NCBI GenBank assembly: GCA_012800735.1
Contig: JAAZIU010000023.1
Location: 37,622-101,621 of the forward strand
DNA: 64,000 nucleotides
Source: Clostridiales bacterium
GTDB taxonomy: Bacteria; Bacillota; Clostridia; Oscillospirales; CAG-272
Direction of reading: 5' to 3'
A program made the translations under genes and the position numbers. The notes beneath the pieces were generated by a model, which saw only the letters and a list, made by a program, of their open reading frames with translations, had not been told where the DNA came from and did no database searches. Positions within the stretch are counted from its first letter, which is position 1, and each line of letters starts with the position of its first letter. Positions 47,658 through 57,552 of the stretch are shown here, one piece after another.

Positions 47658-48734
47658 ATGAAAAAAATAGGACGCCAGACACTGTATAGAGAGGCAACCG
47701 AGCAAGAACCGCGCAGCGGAGAGGGCTGCTTCATAAGATTAAAAGACGGAGGCATTCTTTACGCATACAACCGTTTCAGAGCCGGCGCGGGAGATGACTA
47801 CGACAGCGCCGACATCGCGGGGATAAAATCATCCGATGAAGGCGAGAGCTGGTCGGAACCGTTTATTCTGATAAAAAAGGACGAATGTGCGACAAACCTG
47901 ATGTGCCCGTCGCTCATAAGAATGAAAAACGGCGATATCGGTATGATATATATAAGGAAGTATACCGAAAAAGAAGCGGGAAACGTGCTTGACACCATCA
48001 TGTTCGCCCGTTCGGCCGACGAAGGGGAAACCTGGTCCGAGGGAGCCGATATCCTCGGCGAGAGGGGGTATGTCGTAATTGAAAACGACCATGTTATCAC
48101 CCTTGAAAACGGCAGGATTCTCATTCCGTTCAATCGTCATTCAGAGATAAAAGACGGTAAATTCGAATTTCAATACCGCGCAAGGATGGCTTTTCTTGCA
48201 TCGGACGACGACGGAGAAAGCTGGAAGCAGATCTGCGACGATTACCATCATCCCTTTGCCGATTACAGCCGTACCGGTCTTCAAGAAACGACCGTGTTTC
48301 AGGAAAGCTCCGGCCGTCTCCGTGCTTATTCAAGAACCGATACGCTCTGTCAGTTTGAGTCGATATCCGACGACTTCGGAGCAACCTGGACCGTTCCGCG
48401 TCCGAACACCTTCTTTTCCTCTCCGGCTTCGCCGATGCTGGTAAGAAAAGTCGATGATATGGTACTTGCGATATTCAATCCGATCCCGAATTATACCACC
48501 CGCAAAGTTACCCGTTTTTCCGGCAGAACTCCGTTTGTAATGGCGGTCAGCCGCAATGACGGAGAAAGTTTTGACGCGGTGCATATCCTCGAAGACGATC
48601 CGGATTTGGGTTACTGTTATCCGGCAATATTCGACGGCGGCGATTATATCTTAGTCGGATATTATGTGCTGGAAGGCAAGGACAGAAACCTCGACTCGAA
48701 TAAAATAATCAAAATCCAAAAATCGGAGCTTTAA
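47658..48734 (+). CDS. Sialidase-like (BNR/Asp-box) beta-propeller hydrolase
   Basis: Five Asp-boxes (SSDEGESW, SADEGETW, SDDDGESW, SDDFGATW, SRNDGESF) and a terminal YCYP; no signal peptide. Confidence 0.85.
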   Translation: MKKIGRQTLYREATEQEPRSGEGCFIRLKDGGILYAYNRFRAGAGDDYDSADIAGIKSSDEGESWSEPFILIKKDECATNLMCPSLIRMKNGDIGMIYIRKYTEKEAGNVLDTIMFARSADEGETWSEGADILGERGYVVIENDHVITLENGRILIPFNRHSEIKDGKFEFQYRARMAFLASDDDGESWKQICDDYHHPFADYSRTGLQETTVFQESSGRLRAYSRTDTLCQFESISDDFGATWTVPRPNTFFSSPASPMLVRKVDDMVLAIFNPIPNYTTRKVTRFSGRTPFVMAVSRNDGESFDAVHILEDDPDLGYCYPAIFDGGDYILVGYYVLEGKDRNLDSNKIIKIQKSEL

Positions 48735-48735
48735 A

Positions 48736-49506
48736 TTGAATAAAACGGAAACTCAACTTCCCGAAACATCAAAAAACGCAGAAAAAAACAGCCCGAAGGC
48801 AAAACCACGGGCGGATATTCCGTCGATTGTACTGATGGTGTTAACGGCCGTGCTTATAACCATAGCCGGCATCTATTACAAACAGCATCCGCTACACATC
48901 CTGCCGCTCTATGTTTCGCTCGTAATCGGAGCGCTGCAGGCAAAGGCAAACCGATTTGCAAGCCTTATGGGCGGGATAAATTCTGTTTTGTATGCCATTG
49001 TCTATTTTTACCTTGGGCTTTACGCCTCGGCTCTGTATGCCATTCTCTTTTCCTGTCCGGTTCAGCTTGTCACCTTTGTGCGCTGGAATCAAAAGAAATA
49101 CGGTTCGTCAACGGTATTCAGGAAAATGACGTCAAAACAGCGTATTGTCGTATCTGTATCGTTTGTCTTTTCGGTGGCGGCGGTCATGTTGGTCTTAAAT
49201 CTACTGAAATCAGATTACAGCTTCATCGATTCGCTTTCATCGCTGATGGGAATACTCATCTCGTTTCTCACCATGTTCGCTTTCATTGAGTATACATGGC
49301 TGATGCTGCCGAGCGGCATTATCGGTATCTTCCTCAACATCGCGACGATGAAAGCGCATCCGCAGCAGCTTACCTATCTCATATTCTCGTTTTATTCGCT
49401 TATCTGCGTCACAAGAGCCTTTTTCATGGTGCTTAAGCTTTACAAAGAGCAGCAGCTAAAAAAAGACACGGAAAAACCTGCGGCTGATTTAATTAAAACA
49501 GAATAA
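48736..49506 (+). CDS. PnuC-like (nicotinamide riboside transporter family) membrane transporter
   Basis: About 7 TM helices; GGINSVLYAIVYFYLGLYAS, FVRWNQKK, FRKMT and FIDS patterns typical of PnuC; TTG start 1 nt after the sialidase stop. Confidence 0.7.
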   Translation: MNKTETQLPETSKNAEKNSPKAKPRADIPSIVLMVLTAVLITIAGIYYKQHPLHILPLYVSLVIGALQAKANRFASLMGGINSVLYAIVYFYLGLYASALYAILFSCPVQLVTFVRWNQKKYGSSTVFRKMTSKQRIVVSVSFVFSVAAVMLVLNLLKSDYSFIDSLSSLMGILISFLTMFAFIEYTWLMLPSGIIGIFLNIATMKAHPQQLTYLIFSFYSLICVTRAFFMVLKLYKEQQLKKDTEKPAADLIKTE

Positions 49507-49512
49507 AAAAAC

Positions 49513-49544
49513 GCCGGAAACTTCATTAAATTGAAGTTTCCGGC
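49513..49544. terminator. Bidirectional terminator between convergent genes
   Basis: 13-bp stem gccggaaacttca/tgaagtttccggc. Confidence 0.8.
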
Positions 49545-49557
49545 AAAATTGTAATAA

Positions 49558-50337
49558 TCAGAGCGCTAAAATCTTATCAAGGTCGTCGGCGATTCCCTTA
49601 TAGCCGCGCTCGTCGGGACCGAGCTCGGCGGTGATGTAGCCGTCAAAGCCGATGGCTTTGAGCTGATCCATGCAAGCCTTCCAGTCGATGTCGCCTTCAA
49701 GCAGCTGAACCCATTTGAGGACAAGACCTTCCTGTTTGAAGCCCTTGACGTGGATCTTTGTTATGCGCTTGCCGAGAGTTTTTATCCAGTGCTGCGGATA
49801 GCCGTAGAACAGGATGTTTCCGATATCGAAATACGCGCGAACATATTCTGATTCGAAAGAATCAATAAACTGAGCCATTTCTCTGCCGGAAAGCAGGAAC
49901 TTGTTCCATACTTCCTCGATGCCGAGATAGATGCCGAGTTCTTCGGCTAGCGGGAGCACCTCTTTGATTACCTTTCTTGAGTTTTCCCAAGCCATTTCGT
50001 AGTCGATCTGGGGATTTACGACGCCGGGAACAACAAGCAGGGTGTCGGCTCCGAGCGCTTTCGCGGTAAGAATGCCCTGTTTAAACCAGTAAGCGGCGCG
50101 CTTCCGGACTTCCGGATCGGGGGATGTCGCGGGATTCTGCCATGCGCCGGCGCCCATAATACTCGGGCAAACGAGGTCGTATTTTTTCAGGAGCGCAGCG
50201 ATTTCGGCTCTTTCCTCGTCTGTTTCGACGGCGGTAACTTCAACTGCGGCAAAACCGGCTTCCTTAGCTATTTTCAGCTTTTCTTCGATAGAAGCTGCTT
50301 CGATGCAGTCAAGAACGATTCCTTTGCGGTTTTTCAT
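49558..50337 (-). CDS. Sugar phosphate isomerase/epimerase (AP endonuclease 2 TIM barrel)
   Basis: IEEVWNKFL, YFDIGN, IHVKG and ITAE metal ligands. Confidence 0.88.
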   Translation of the reverse strand: MKNRKGIVLDCIEAASIEEKLKIAKEAGFAAVEVTAVETDEERAEIAALLKKYDLVCPSIMGAGAWQNPATSPDPEVRKRAAYWFKQGILTAKALGADTLLVVPGVVNPQIDYEMAWENSRKVIKEVLPLAEELGIYLGIEEVWNKFLLSGREMAQFIDSFESEYVRAYFDIGNILFYGYPQHWIKTLGKRITKIHVKGFKQEGLVLKWVQLLEGDIDWKACMDQLKAIGFDGYITAELGPDERGYKGIADDLDKILAL

Positions 50338-50578
50338 GTTAATTTTCTCCCTTCGGATATTAATTCGAAAGTATGTCTCCTATAATATTGTATCTTATTT
50401 TAAGCCGTCTGTCAAGAGCAATCTGCTTTTTTATGAAAAGCCTGCTTTTTTATGAAAGCCTGTTTTTTGCGCAAAGGGAAAATTTAAATAAAAAAATGAA
50501 AATTCCTTGAATTACACTCGGGTCTGTGATATAATTATAAAAACAGTTTATATTGAAGATTGAATCGGGGAGTTCAAT

Positions 50579-52246
50579 ATGGTTGATAAAATTATCATTA
50601 ACGAAGAAAACGAAGCCGGAAATCTTGATGAAACAGAAATTATTACCGATGCGAAACATGATGAATCCATTCAGGGGGAAATCCGGGCGGATGATATTTT
50701 AAACGAAAACGAAGAACAAACGGCTGAAGATACGAGGACAGACAACGGTTCAGGCGAATCAGAGATTTCAAAAAAGAAGCTTGAAAAAGAGGAAATCAAG
50801 CGTCAGATAAGCGAGGCTCAGAAAAAGCTGGGACTGCTTGCGCAGAAAGTCAAAGAAGCCAAGCTGCCGGTTATAATTCTTTTTGAGGGCTGGGGCGCTT
50901 CCGGTAAAGGATACCTCGTCAGCAAGCTCATTGAAGAGATTGACCCGCGTGGATTCAAGGTTTATACAATAGGTCCGAGATCGGCGGACGAACGCCGTTT
51001 TCCGATGATGAAGCGATACTGGGAAAAAATCCCGGAATACGGGCGGATGTCGTTTTTTGTCCGAAGCTGGTATCGCGATGTCACTCTTTCGCGATTCGAG
51101 GAGGAAATCGACAAAAAAGAAATTGACGCCCGTTTCCGCGAAATCCTTGATTTCGAGTCACAGCTGGCGGACGACGGATATCTTATAATCAAATTCTTCC
51201 TCCGTCTTTCAAAAAAAGATCAGAGAAAACGCTTTGAAAAGCTGGAAAGCAATAAGGCGACCGCCTGGAGAGTGACAAAAGCCGACTGGGAACACCACCG
51301 CAGATACGACGACCATCTGCACGCTTTCAACGAGATGATCGACCGCACAGACCGGGATTATGCTCCCTGGGTTCAGATCGACTCAAAAGATCGCCGCCGC
51401 GCTATACTGACCGCGCTTAACTGCACTATTGATCTCGTAACCGGAGCGCTGGCTATGAGAACGTCGCCGAAGCCGCAATCAAAGCGCGCGTTAAGACTTG
51501 ATGAAACCATTATACCGAACCCCATCCCGAAACTCGCCGAGGTTGACCTTTCTCCGACAATAGACGGGGAACTCTACCGTAAGGAGCTGAAACGGCTTCA
51601 GGAACGTCTTTTTGAGCTGCACAACTGGCTTTATCAAACCAAAACGCCTATGATTATCGTTTACGAAGGGCAGGACGCGGCAGGAAAGGGCGGAAATATC
51701 AAGCGCGTCACCGAAGGTCTCGACCCCCGCGGCTACGCGGTGAATCCCGTCGCCGCGCCGACAGCGCCGGAGCTTTACCGCCAATATCTCTGGCGATTCT
51801 GGATTACCCTTCCGAAGGACGGACATATCGCCATCTACGACAGAAGCTGGTACGGTCGGGTAATGGTTGAAAAGATTGAGGGATTCTGTACAGAAGAACA
51901 ATGGAAGCGCGCATACTCCGAGATTAACCACTTCGAGCACAGCCTCAGAGGCTGGGGAGCGATAATAATTAAATTCTGGCTTCAGATTGACAAAGACGAG
52001 CAGCTTGTCCGCTTCACCGATCGTCAGAACACTCCGGAGAAGCAGTGGAAAATAACCGAGGAAGACTGGCGCAACCGCGCCCGCTGGGACGATTATGAAG
52101 TTTCTGTAAATGAAATGCTGCGGCTAACCAATACCGACTTTGCCCCCTGGCATATAATCGAATCAAACGACAAGCGCTACGCGCGGATAAAGACCCTGCG
52201 TCTTCTTGTCGCCGCCATTGAAAGAGAAATGGCCGAGCGCAGGTGA
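50579..52246 (+). CDS. Polyphosphate:AMP phosphotransferase (class II PPK2, two domains)
   Basis: Two PPK2 domains (EGWGASGKG...RSWY and EGQDAAGKG...DRSWYGR, WKITEEDW); acidic N-terminal extension. Confidence 0.9.
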   Translation: MVDKIIINEENEAGNLDETEIITDAKHDESIQGEIRADDILNENEEQTAEDTRTDNGSGESEISKKKLEKEEIKRQISEAQKKLGLLAQKVKEAKLPVIILFEGWGASGKGYLVSKLIEEIDPRGFKVYTIGPRSADERRFPMMKRYWEKIPEYGRMSFFVRSWYRDVTLSRFEEEIDKKEIDARFREILDFESQLADDGYLIIKFFLRLSKKDQRKRFEKLESNKATAWRVTKADWEHHRRYDDHLHAFNEMIDRTDRDYAPWVQIDSKDRRRAILTALNCTIDLVTGALAMRTSPKPQSKRALRLDETIIPNPIPKLAEVDLSPTIDGELYRKELKRLQERLFELHNWLYQTKTPMIIVYEGQDAAGKGGNIKRVTEGLDPRGYAVNPVAAPTAPELYRQYLWRFWITLPKDGHIAIYDRSWYGRVMVEKIEGFCTEEQWKRAYSEINHFEHSLRGWGAIIIKFWLQIDKDEQLVRFTDRQNTPEKQWKITEEDWRNRARWDDYEVSVNEMLRLTNTDFAPWHIIESNDKRYARIKTLRLLVAAIEREMAERR

Positions 52247-52277
52247 CAAGCAAATATAAGAACACAATAAAATAATC

Positions 52278-52306
52278 AACGGCACAAATTTCTGTGCCGT
52301 TTTTAT
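52278..52306. terminator. Terminator between convergent genes
   Basis: aacggcaca/tgtgccgtt stem with a T-tract. Confidence 0.7.
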
Positions 52307-52343
52307 TTATGTGTCGGGTATAATCAGTATAAAGAGATTAAAT

Positions 52344-53501
52344 TCAACTTTCAATTTGATTTTTAAAATCGAGCAAGACTTCGATATACTCATCGGGAAG
52401 GTCGGCATGTATATCGTGATTTGATTTAAAGCCGCCGACATATCTGCTGTCAGGAATTAAATCAACGACTCTCTGCGCGTCAATTTCGTCCATAGCGGCA
52501 AGCAATATACCGTTTTTGTCATAATAGCCGGGCTTTGTCATTTCGCTCGGCGCTACGTGCATCACAACTGTCGGCGCCTTGATATTTTTCAGGATTTCTT
52601 CGGTGTCAAATCCGTCAAACCAGGAAAAGTCGTAAAATGTCACACCGAACCTCAAATCGTAATCGGCGGTTCCGTCCTGCATATTGGCGTTGAGCGCGTA
52701 TATTGCGTTAACTCCCAATTCAGGCGGATAATACCATATTTTCGGAATTTGCCCGGGATGTTTTTTGAGATATTTCAGGGCGGGTTCTTTTATGATCATA
52801 TCCCACGCGCGGGGATCGTTTGCGTTGAAAACTTCTTTCATGTAGTCATGTTCCAGAGAATATTCCATGAAGGATTTTATCTCATCCTGGTTGAGATAAT
52901 CATACATATTCTTAAAACCTATCCATGAAATAGTCTTCTCCGCTCTCCCGGGAAGAGTGGAAAAGAAGGGACCGTCTTCCAGGACAGCGGCTGTAATGCA
53001 GTCCGGCGCCTTTGCCGAAACATAAGCTGCGAGCAGCGCTCCGGAAGAGTGACCGGAGATATAAACCTTTTCCCCAATTATATTTTCAATAAACCAAATG
53101 ATATCACTGCCTATCGCCGCAGCGGTATATTTTTCGGGATTTTTCGATGATTTCCCGTGACCGTAATAATCGAGCGCGTAAACATGAAATTCCTTTGATA
53201 ATTTCGGCAGCGCCTTTGCATAGTCAAAACAGGTTGTCTGCTGACCGTGAAGCAGAAGAAGCGCGGGACCGTTGTCCGGACCTTCGATATAATAAATCTC
53301 CGACCCGTCGCTCAATTTTTCGGTATCTTCGGTAAACCCTAACTTATACCCCTTTTTCTTCAAATAGTTCGTATTCAAAATGTCATGATTCAGGTTTCTG
53401 TATGCAAAGAGACTTAAACCTGCCGCAATTATCAGCAAAACGATAACTACTGCCAAGATTACCTTAATCATTTTATTCATTCTCAGCTCCTGCTTTGCCA
53501 C
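52344..53501 (-). CDS. Membrane-anchored alpha/beta hydrolase
   Basis: N-terminal TM helix; LLHGQQ, DYYGHG and the nucleophile elbow GHSSG. Confidence 0.85.
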   Translation of the reverse strand: MAKQELRMNKMIKVILAVVIVLLIIAAGLSLFAYRNLNHDILNTNYLKKKGYKLGFTEDTEKLSDGSEIYYIEGPDNGPALLLLHGQQTTCFDYAKALPKLSKEFHVYALDYYGHGKSSKNPEKYTAAAIGSDIIWFIENIIGEKVYISGHSSGALLAAYVSAKAPDCITAAVLEDGPFFSTLPGRAEKTISWIGFKNMYDYLNQDEIKSFMEYSLEHDYMKEVFNANDPRAWDMIIKEPALKYLKKHPGQIPKIWYYPPELGVNAIYALNANMQDGTADYDLRFGVTFYDFSWFDGFDTEEILKNIKAPTVVMHVAPSEMTKPGYYDKNGILLAAMDEIDAQRVVDLIPDSRYVGGFKSNHDIHADLPDEYIEVLLDFKNQIES

Positions 53502-53538
53502 TGCTTAGCTCCGTCGGTTCAAAAAAGTACAACTGCGC

Positions 53539-54462
53539 TTATTTATGTTGATTTATGAAATCGTCAAGCGCCGCATCGATTTCCTCCCCGTGCCCCGTCA
53601 TCATGTGTCCGCCGTCGGGGAAGGTAACGAGCGTTAGATTCGGAAAGCGGTGCTTTGCCTTTTTCACCTTTTCAAAGCTTGCCACGGTATCATCTTCCGA
53701 GTGCAGAATCAAGACCGGCACTTTTAAATCTTCGATCGGATAATTATCAAAGTTCCTTTCCATATCCGGATTTGTCAGCTTTCCGTCCAAAATAACTCCG
53801 ATTTTTCTTTCGGAAATCGGCTGAATGCTTTTCACCGTTGAAGCCGGCATTCCCATCAGAGGGGGCATAAGCGGACTTATCAGATACATCGCATAATCTG
53901 AGAGCAGAGGTTCGGGAGGCGCCTGATATTCAAGAAAAGTCACCGGTTTTTCTGGAACCGGCATTGCCGAACAGAATAGAATCAATCCCTTTACCCGTTC
54001 CGGATAATCCAGCGCAAAACGAATGGCGGGAGTGCCTCCGGCGGAGGTTCCCAAAATAAAGACTTTTTCTATTCCGAGATAGTCAAGCAATTCGGCAAAC
54101 GCGGCGGCTTGTTCTGCCGGAGTACCGTCGCCTTTCACATCGGATCCGAGGTAACCGAATCGCGACGGCGCCAGCAGACGATTTTGCGGCTTCCTGTTTT
54201 TAACGCTGTCATACGCCTGATCATATCCGCCGAAAATACCGTGAACTGACAAGATAACCTCGCTCTCGCCGACATCGACATAAGTCATTGAGCCGTATGA
54301 CAGTTCAGCCGTCTTTGCTTCATATAACTCAAGGTTTTCCCTAACTTTATTCAGTCCGTAACCGCAGCGTATGCCCTGAATCAGAAAATACAAGGCGATT
54401 ATCAATAAAAGAGCGATTAGTAACCACTTCGCTATTCCGGCTTTTCTCTTTTCCGTTGTCAT
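53539..54462 (-). CDS. Membrane-anchored alpha/beta hydrolase
   Basis: N-terminal TM helix; VHGIFGG, GTSAG, HSEDD and GGH motifs. Confidence 0.85.
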   Translation of the reverse strand: MTTEKRKAGIAKWLLIALLLIIALYFLIQGIRCGYGLNKVRENLELYEAKTAELSYGSMTYVDVGESEVILSVHGIFGGYDQAYDSVKNRKPQNRLLAPSRFGYLGSDVKGDGTPAEQAAAFAELLDYLGIEKVFILGTSAGGTPAIRFALDYPERVKGLILFCSAMPVPEKPVTFLEYQAPPEPLLSDYAMYLISPLMPPLMGMPASTVKSIQPISERKIGVILDGKLTNPDMERNFDNYPIEDLKVPVLILHSEDDTVASFEKVKKAKHRFPNLTLVTFPDGGHMMTGHGEEIDAALDDFINQHK

Positions 54463-54595
54463 CTCAGCTTTTCTCCTTTTTGTCGTTCATGTTTGTTTTC
54501 TTGCGGGTGATAATCGCCTCAGTATCTATGTTTAATTATTGGTTAATCTTTCTGTTGTTTGAAATCGCATCTTGTTTGTTTCCGTATTTTTCACC

Positions 54596-56770
54596 TTACA
54601 TCCTGTTTTGCGAAGTCCTCCCTATAATCATATCCTGCCAGTGTTCGTCCAATGTCACAAACCGAGCCGACCAGCCGCTTATCCTGACTGCAAGGTTGGG
54701 ATATTTTTCCGGATGCAGCTTCGCGTCGATAAGCGCGGCCGCGTCTGCGACGTCTATCTGCAAAAAGAACCCGCCGAGGCGAATAAACGCTTTCATCAGC
54801 CCGACGAGGGCGTTTATGCCGTCTTCCCCCTTTACCGAGCCCGGATCGAGCTTTAAATCGAGAGCCGCTCCGGAAGCAAGCGCCGAGAAATCGATGTTGC
54901 AGGCGGATTTTATCACCGCTGACGCGCCTTTTACATCGGTGCCGGGAGTCGGAGCTATGTTGTTTGCTCTTATATAATGCTTTCCGTGACCGTCGGCGCC
55001 GGCGAGGCGGTTTTTCGCCCATTCAATCTGACGCCCGAAAGTCGAAAGTCCGGCGGGACGCAGTACCCCGCTGCGCTCTTTTGTCTTCGCCATTTCATCT
55101 GTAAAGTCCCGGACTATCCGACCGATTATTTCATCACATTCGGGATTGTCATTTCCGTAATATTCAAGGGAACGCGCGCGGGCGCGCAGCGCGCTGACAA
55201 ATTCAACTTCCGCCTCATCCGAGTCGTCTTCCGGCTGCCAGTCGTTGTGCAGTATCCGGCAGAGCTTCGGTAAGGTGACAAGCTTTTCGTCATAAACAAG
55301 TTTCTTTATCGCGTAAAGACAGTCGCAGAGGTCCGGCACCCCGCCGTAATGCAGGCTGTATGCGGTATAGACAGCCCCGCGGTTATAATATCCGAGCCCC
55401 GTTTCAATGCAGCCGTCGGTAAAGAGGGAAATCGCGGACATCGGCATATCCCAGCGGGCGAAGTTGTCGGCGCCGTCGTTCCATTCTTTGACCTGAACCG
55501 CCATCGCCTCTCTGAAAGTTTCATACAGCGATTCAAAATCGGGAAAATCGGGATATTCTTCGCCGCCGATATTCAGCGTTTTGTCCTGAAGAAGAGGGAA
55601 GATGTCAATCGGACAATAGGTAAAGCAGGTTTTTCCGGGAACTTGAACCTCCCAGCATCCGTCATTCGCGAAATTGCGGGCTTCGCTCAGCGAATAGCCG
55701 AATTTCACCATCGAATCGACAACAAGGTCGTTGTTGTATATCGCGGCGACGCCGGAGCCGTGCCGCATCACCCGCGCTATGGCTTCGTAAAGCTCCTGAG
55801 GCGAGTCATCCCGCATCCGGACTGCTATGGGAAAATCGGGAATCGGAAATTCCTCCGTTACCGAAAGCACCATGTAACTTATGTCCGAGATAAACTCATT
55901 ACCCTCGTCATCGTCTCCGCAGAGAACGATATTCTGATAATGCTGAGCGTCGCCCGAACCGCGGCCTTCAAGCCGTATCCACTCGCATCCTTTTATCATG
56001 AAGTGGCAGATAAGCGTCCTGGCTTCGTCATAAGTGATTTTCCCGGCTTTGAGATCGGCTTTGTAATACGGATCCAGGATCAAATCTATCCGCCCGATCC
56101 CCGGCCAGTTGCCGAGCAGCCGCAGAAAAGCGAAGCAGAACCAAAGAGACTGAATTGCCTGTCTGAACGACGACGGCGCTTTAAAAGGAACCGGTTCAAG
56201 GTTTTCGTACAGTTCACGCCAATATTTCTGCTCATCGCCGGAAGTGTTTTCGATATTTGCTTTAATCTCGCAAAGATACCTGCCGTGCCATATTCTCATC
56301 GCAGAAATGGTATTCTTCATCGATGTCAGCATTGATATCTGATTTGAGTCAAGACCGTCGTCCGACAGCCTTTTGTCTATTCTTGTTTCATAGCTGTCAA
56401 TCCCTTCCTTGACCGCCCGCTCAAAGCCGGAGGTCAGGTGGTTGATCCCCGAAAGAGGATATTCGCCCTTAAAGCTTGCGGGCAGCCGCGCGCCTACAGC
56501 GTCGCCCAATGTCGCAGAACCGCAGAGCAGTTCATTCGGCGTGAAGCGTATCGGACAGCGGCGGACTATTTCATTCACCGCCGCGTCGTATTTTTCATAA
56601 CTCGAGAGTTTCTCAAATCCGGCAATTCCGTCAAGCGAAACGCAAGGAGTAAGGCTTGTCTCCCGACCATATTTTCCGAGCAGCGATTCATGAGCGAATC
56701 GCCGCGTCTTTTCGTCCGATATAACCGGACGAGAGCCGGGAAATGAGGAATAAAACGTATATTCTGACAT
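54596..56770 (-). CDS. Glycyl radical enzyme (PFL superfamily), unassigned class
   Basis: C-terminal glycyl radical motif LAVRISGWSARF; active-site loop NDGCWEV; GRID, YGNDN and PTPG GRE motifs. Confidence 0.92.
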   Translation of the reverse strand: MSEYTFYSSFPGSRPVISDEKTRRFAHESLLGKYGRETSLTPCVSLDGIAGFEKLSSYEKYDAAVNEIVRRCPIRFTPNELLCGSATLGDAVGARLPASFKGEYPLSGINHLTSGFERAVKEGIDSYETRIDKRLSDDGLDSNQISMLTSMKNTISAMRIWHGRYLCEIKANIENTSGDEQKYWRELYENLEPVPFKAPSSFRQAIQSLWFCFAFLRLLGNWPGIGRIDLILDPYYKADLKAGKITYDEARTLICHFMIKGCEWIRLEGRGSGDAQHYQNIVLCGDDDEGNEFISDISYMVLSVTEEFPIPDFPIAVRMRDDSPQELYEAIARVMRHGSGVAAIYNNDLVVDSMVKFGYSLSEARNFANDGCWEVQVPGKTCFTYCPIDIFPLLQDKTLNIGGEEYPDFPDFESLYETFREAMAVQVKEWNDGADNFARWDMPMSAISLFTDGCIETGLGYYNRGAVYTAYSLHYGGVPDLCDCLYAIKKLVYDEKLVTLPKLCRILHNDWQPEDDSDEAEVEFVSALRARARSLEYYGNDNPECDEIIGRIVRDFTDEMAKTKERSGVLRPAGLSTFGRQIEWAKNRLAGADGHGKHYIRANNIAPTPGTDVKGASAVIKSACNIDFSALASGAALDLKLDPGSVKGEDGINALVGLMKAFIRLGGFFLQIDVADAAALIDAKLHPEKYPNLAVRISGWSARFVTLDEHWQDMIIGRTSQNRM

Positions 56771-56790
56771 AATATCACCCTGAATTTCTG

Positions 56791-57540
56791 TTAGTCCGTG
56801 TATCCCAAAGCGGCGGAAATCTGCGCGGCGGTCGTTTTAACCGCCTCTGATTTTTCTTCCGCGAATGTTTTAATATCCGAGTAAACGGTCGCGGTGGAAA
56901 TTCCCGTCGAGGCGATTACTGAGCCTTTATAATCGAAAATCGGCGCGGCAAGACATATGATGCCGTAGCTGCCCTCCTCGTTGTCTTCGGCGTATCCGTT
57001 TTCCCTTATCAAAGAAATCTGTTCTCCGAAGACTTTGCTGTCGGTTATTGTGTTTGAAGTCCGCGGTTTAAGTTCGCTTTCGCAGTATTGCCGCTGTTCT
57101 TCCTCGTCGGAATAAGCGAGCAGCACCTTTCCGGGGGCGGAGCAGTGAAGCGGATATTCCCCGCCGACCCGTCCCGCGACGACTATGTCATGCGTTGAAT
57201 CAAGATGCTGTATATACAGTACGTTTTTTCCGTGCTTCACTCCGATAAAGCAGCTGTCTCCGGTTTTCTCCCATAGCCTGGCGAGAAAGACGCCGCTTTC
57301 CTTATAAAGCGAAGTTCTTGAAAGCGCGCGGCTGCAAATCCTAAACGGTTTCAGGGTAAGCGAATACCCGTCGCCACGCCGGGCAATCCATCCCTGACCG
57401 CAGAGCGCGCCTAATATCCTCGACACCGCGTTTTTGTTTATCCCCGTTAAATTGCTGATTTCGGTTATTCCGAGACCGTCATTGCAAGAAAGCGCTTCAA
57501 GAATCGTGGCAGCGTAATCGACTGCCGGTGCTTTAGACAT
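56791..57540 (-). CDS. IclR family transcriptional regulator
   Basis: N-terminal HTH (GITEISNLTGINKNAVSRIL); PLHCSAPGKVLLA, GYAEDNEE and CLAAPIFD motifs. Confidence 0.92.
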   Translation of the reverse strand: MSKAPAVDYAATILEALSCNDGLGITEISNLTGINKNAVSRILGALCGQGWIARRGDGYSLTLKPFRICSRALSRTSLYKESGVFLARLWEKTGDSCFIGVKHGKNVLYIQHLDSTHDIVVAGRVGGEYPLHCSAPGKVLLAYSDEEEQRQYCESELKPRTSNTITDSKVFGEQISLIRENGYAEDNEEGSYGIICLAAPIFDYKGSVIASTGISTATVYSDIKTFAEEKSEAVKTTAAQISAALGYTD

Positions 57541-57552
57541 ATTATATACCTT

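Noticed and set aside
23736-52246. Functional link between CysQ-derived AMP and the PPK2 AMP kinase
   Set aside because: Biochemically plausible, but the genes are about 25 kb apart with no shared regulation visible.
54456-54977. 173-aa minus-strand ORF bridging the GRE and the hydrolase
   Set aside because: Overlaps the GRE 3' end in another frame; no RBS or motifs.
55349-56335. 328-aa plus-strand ORF inside the GRE; considered as a hidden activase
   Set aside because: No CxxxCxxC radical-SAM motif; antisense shadow of a well-supported gene.
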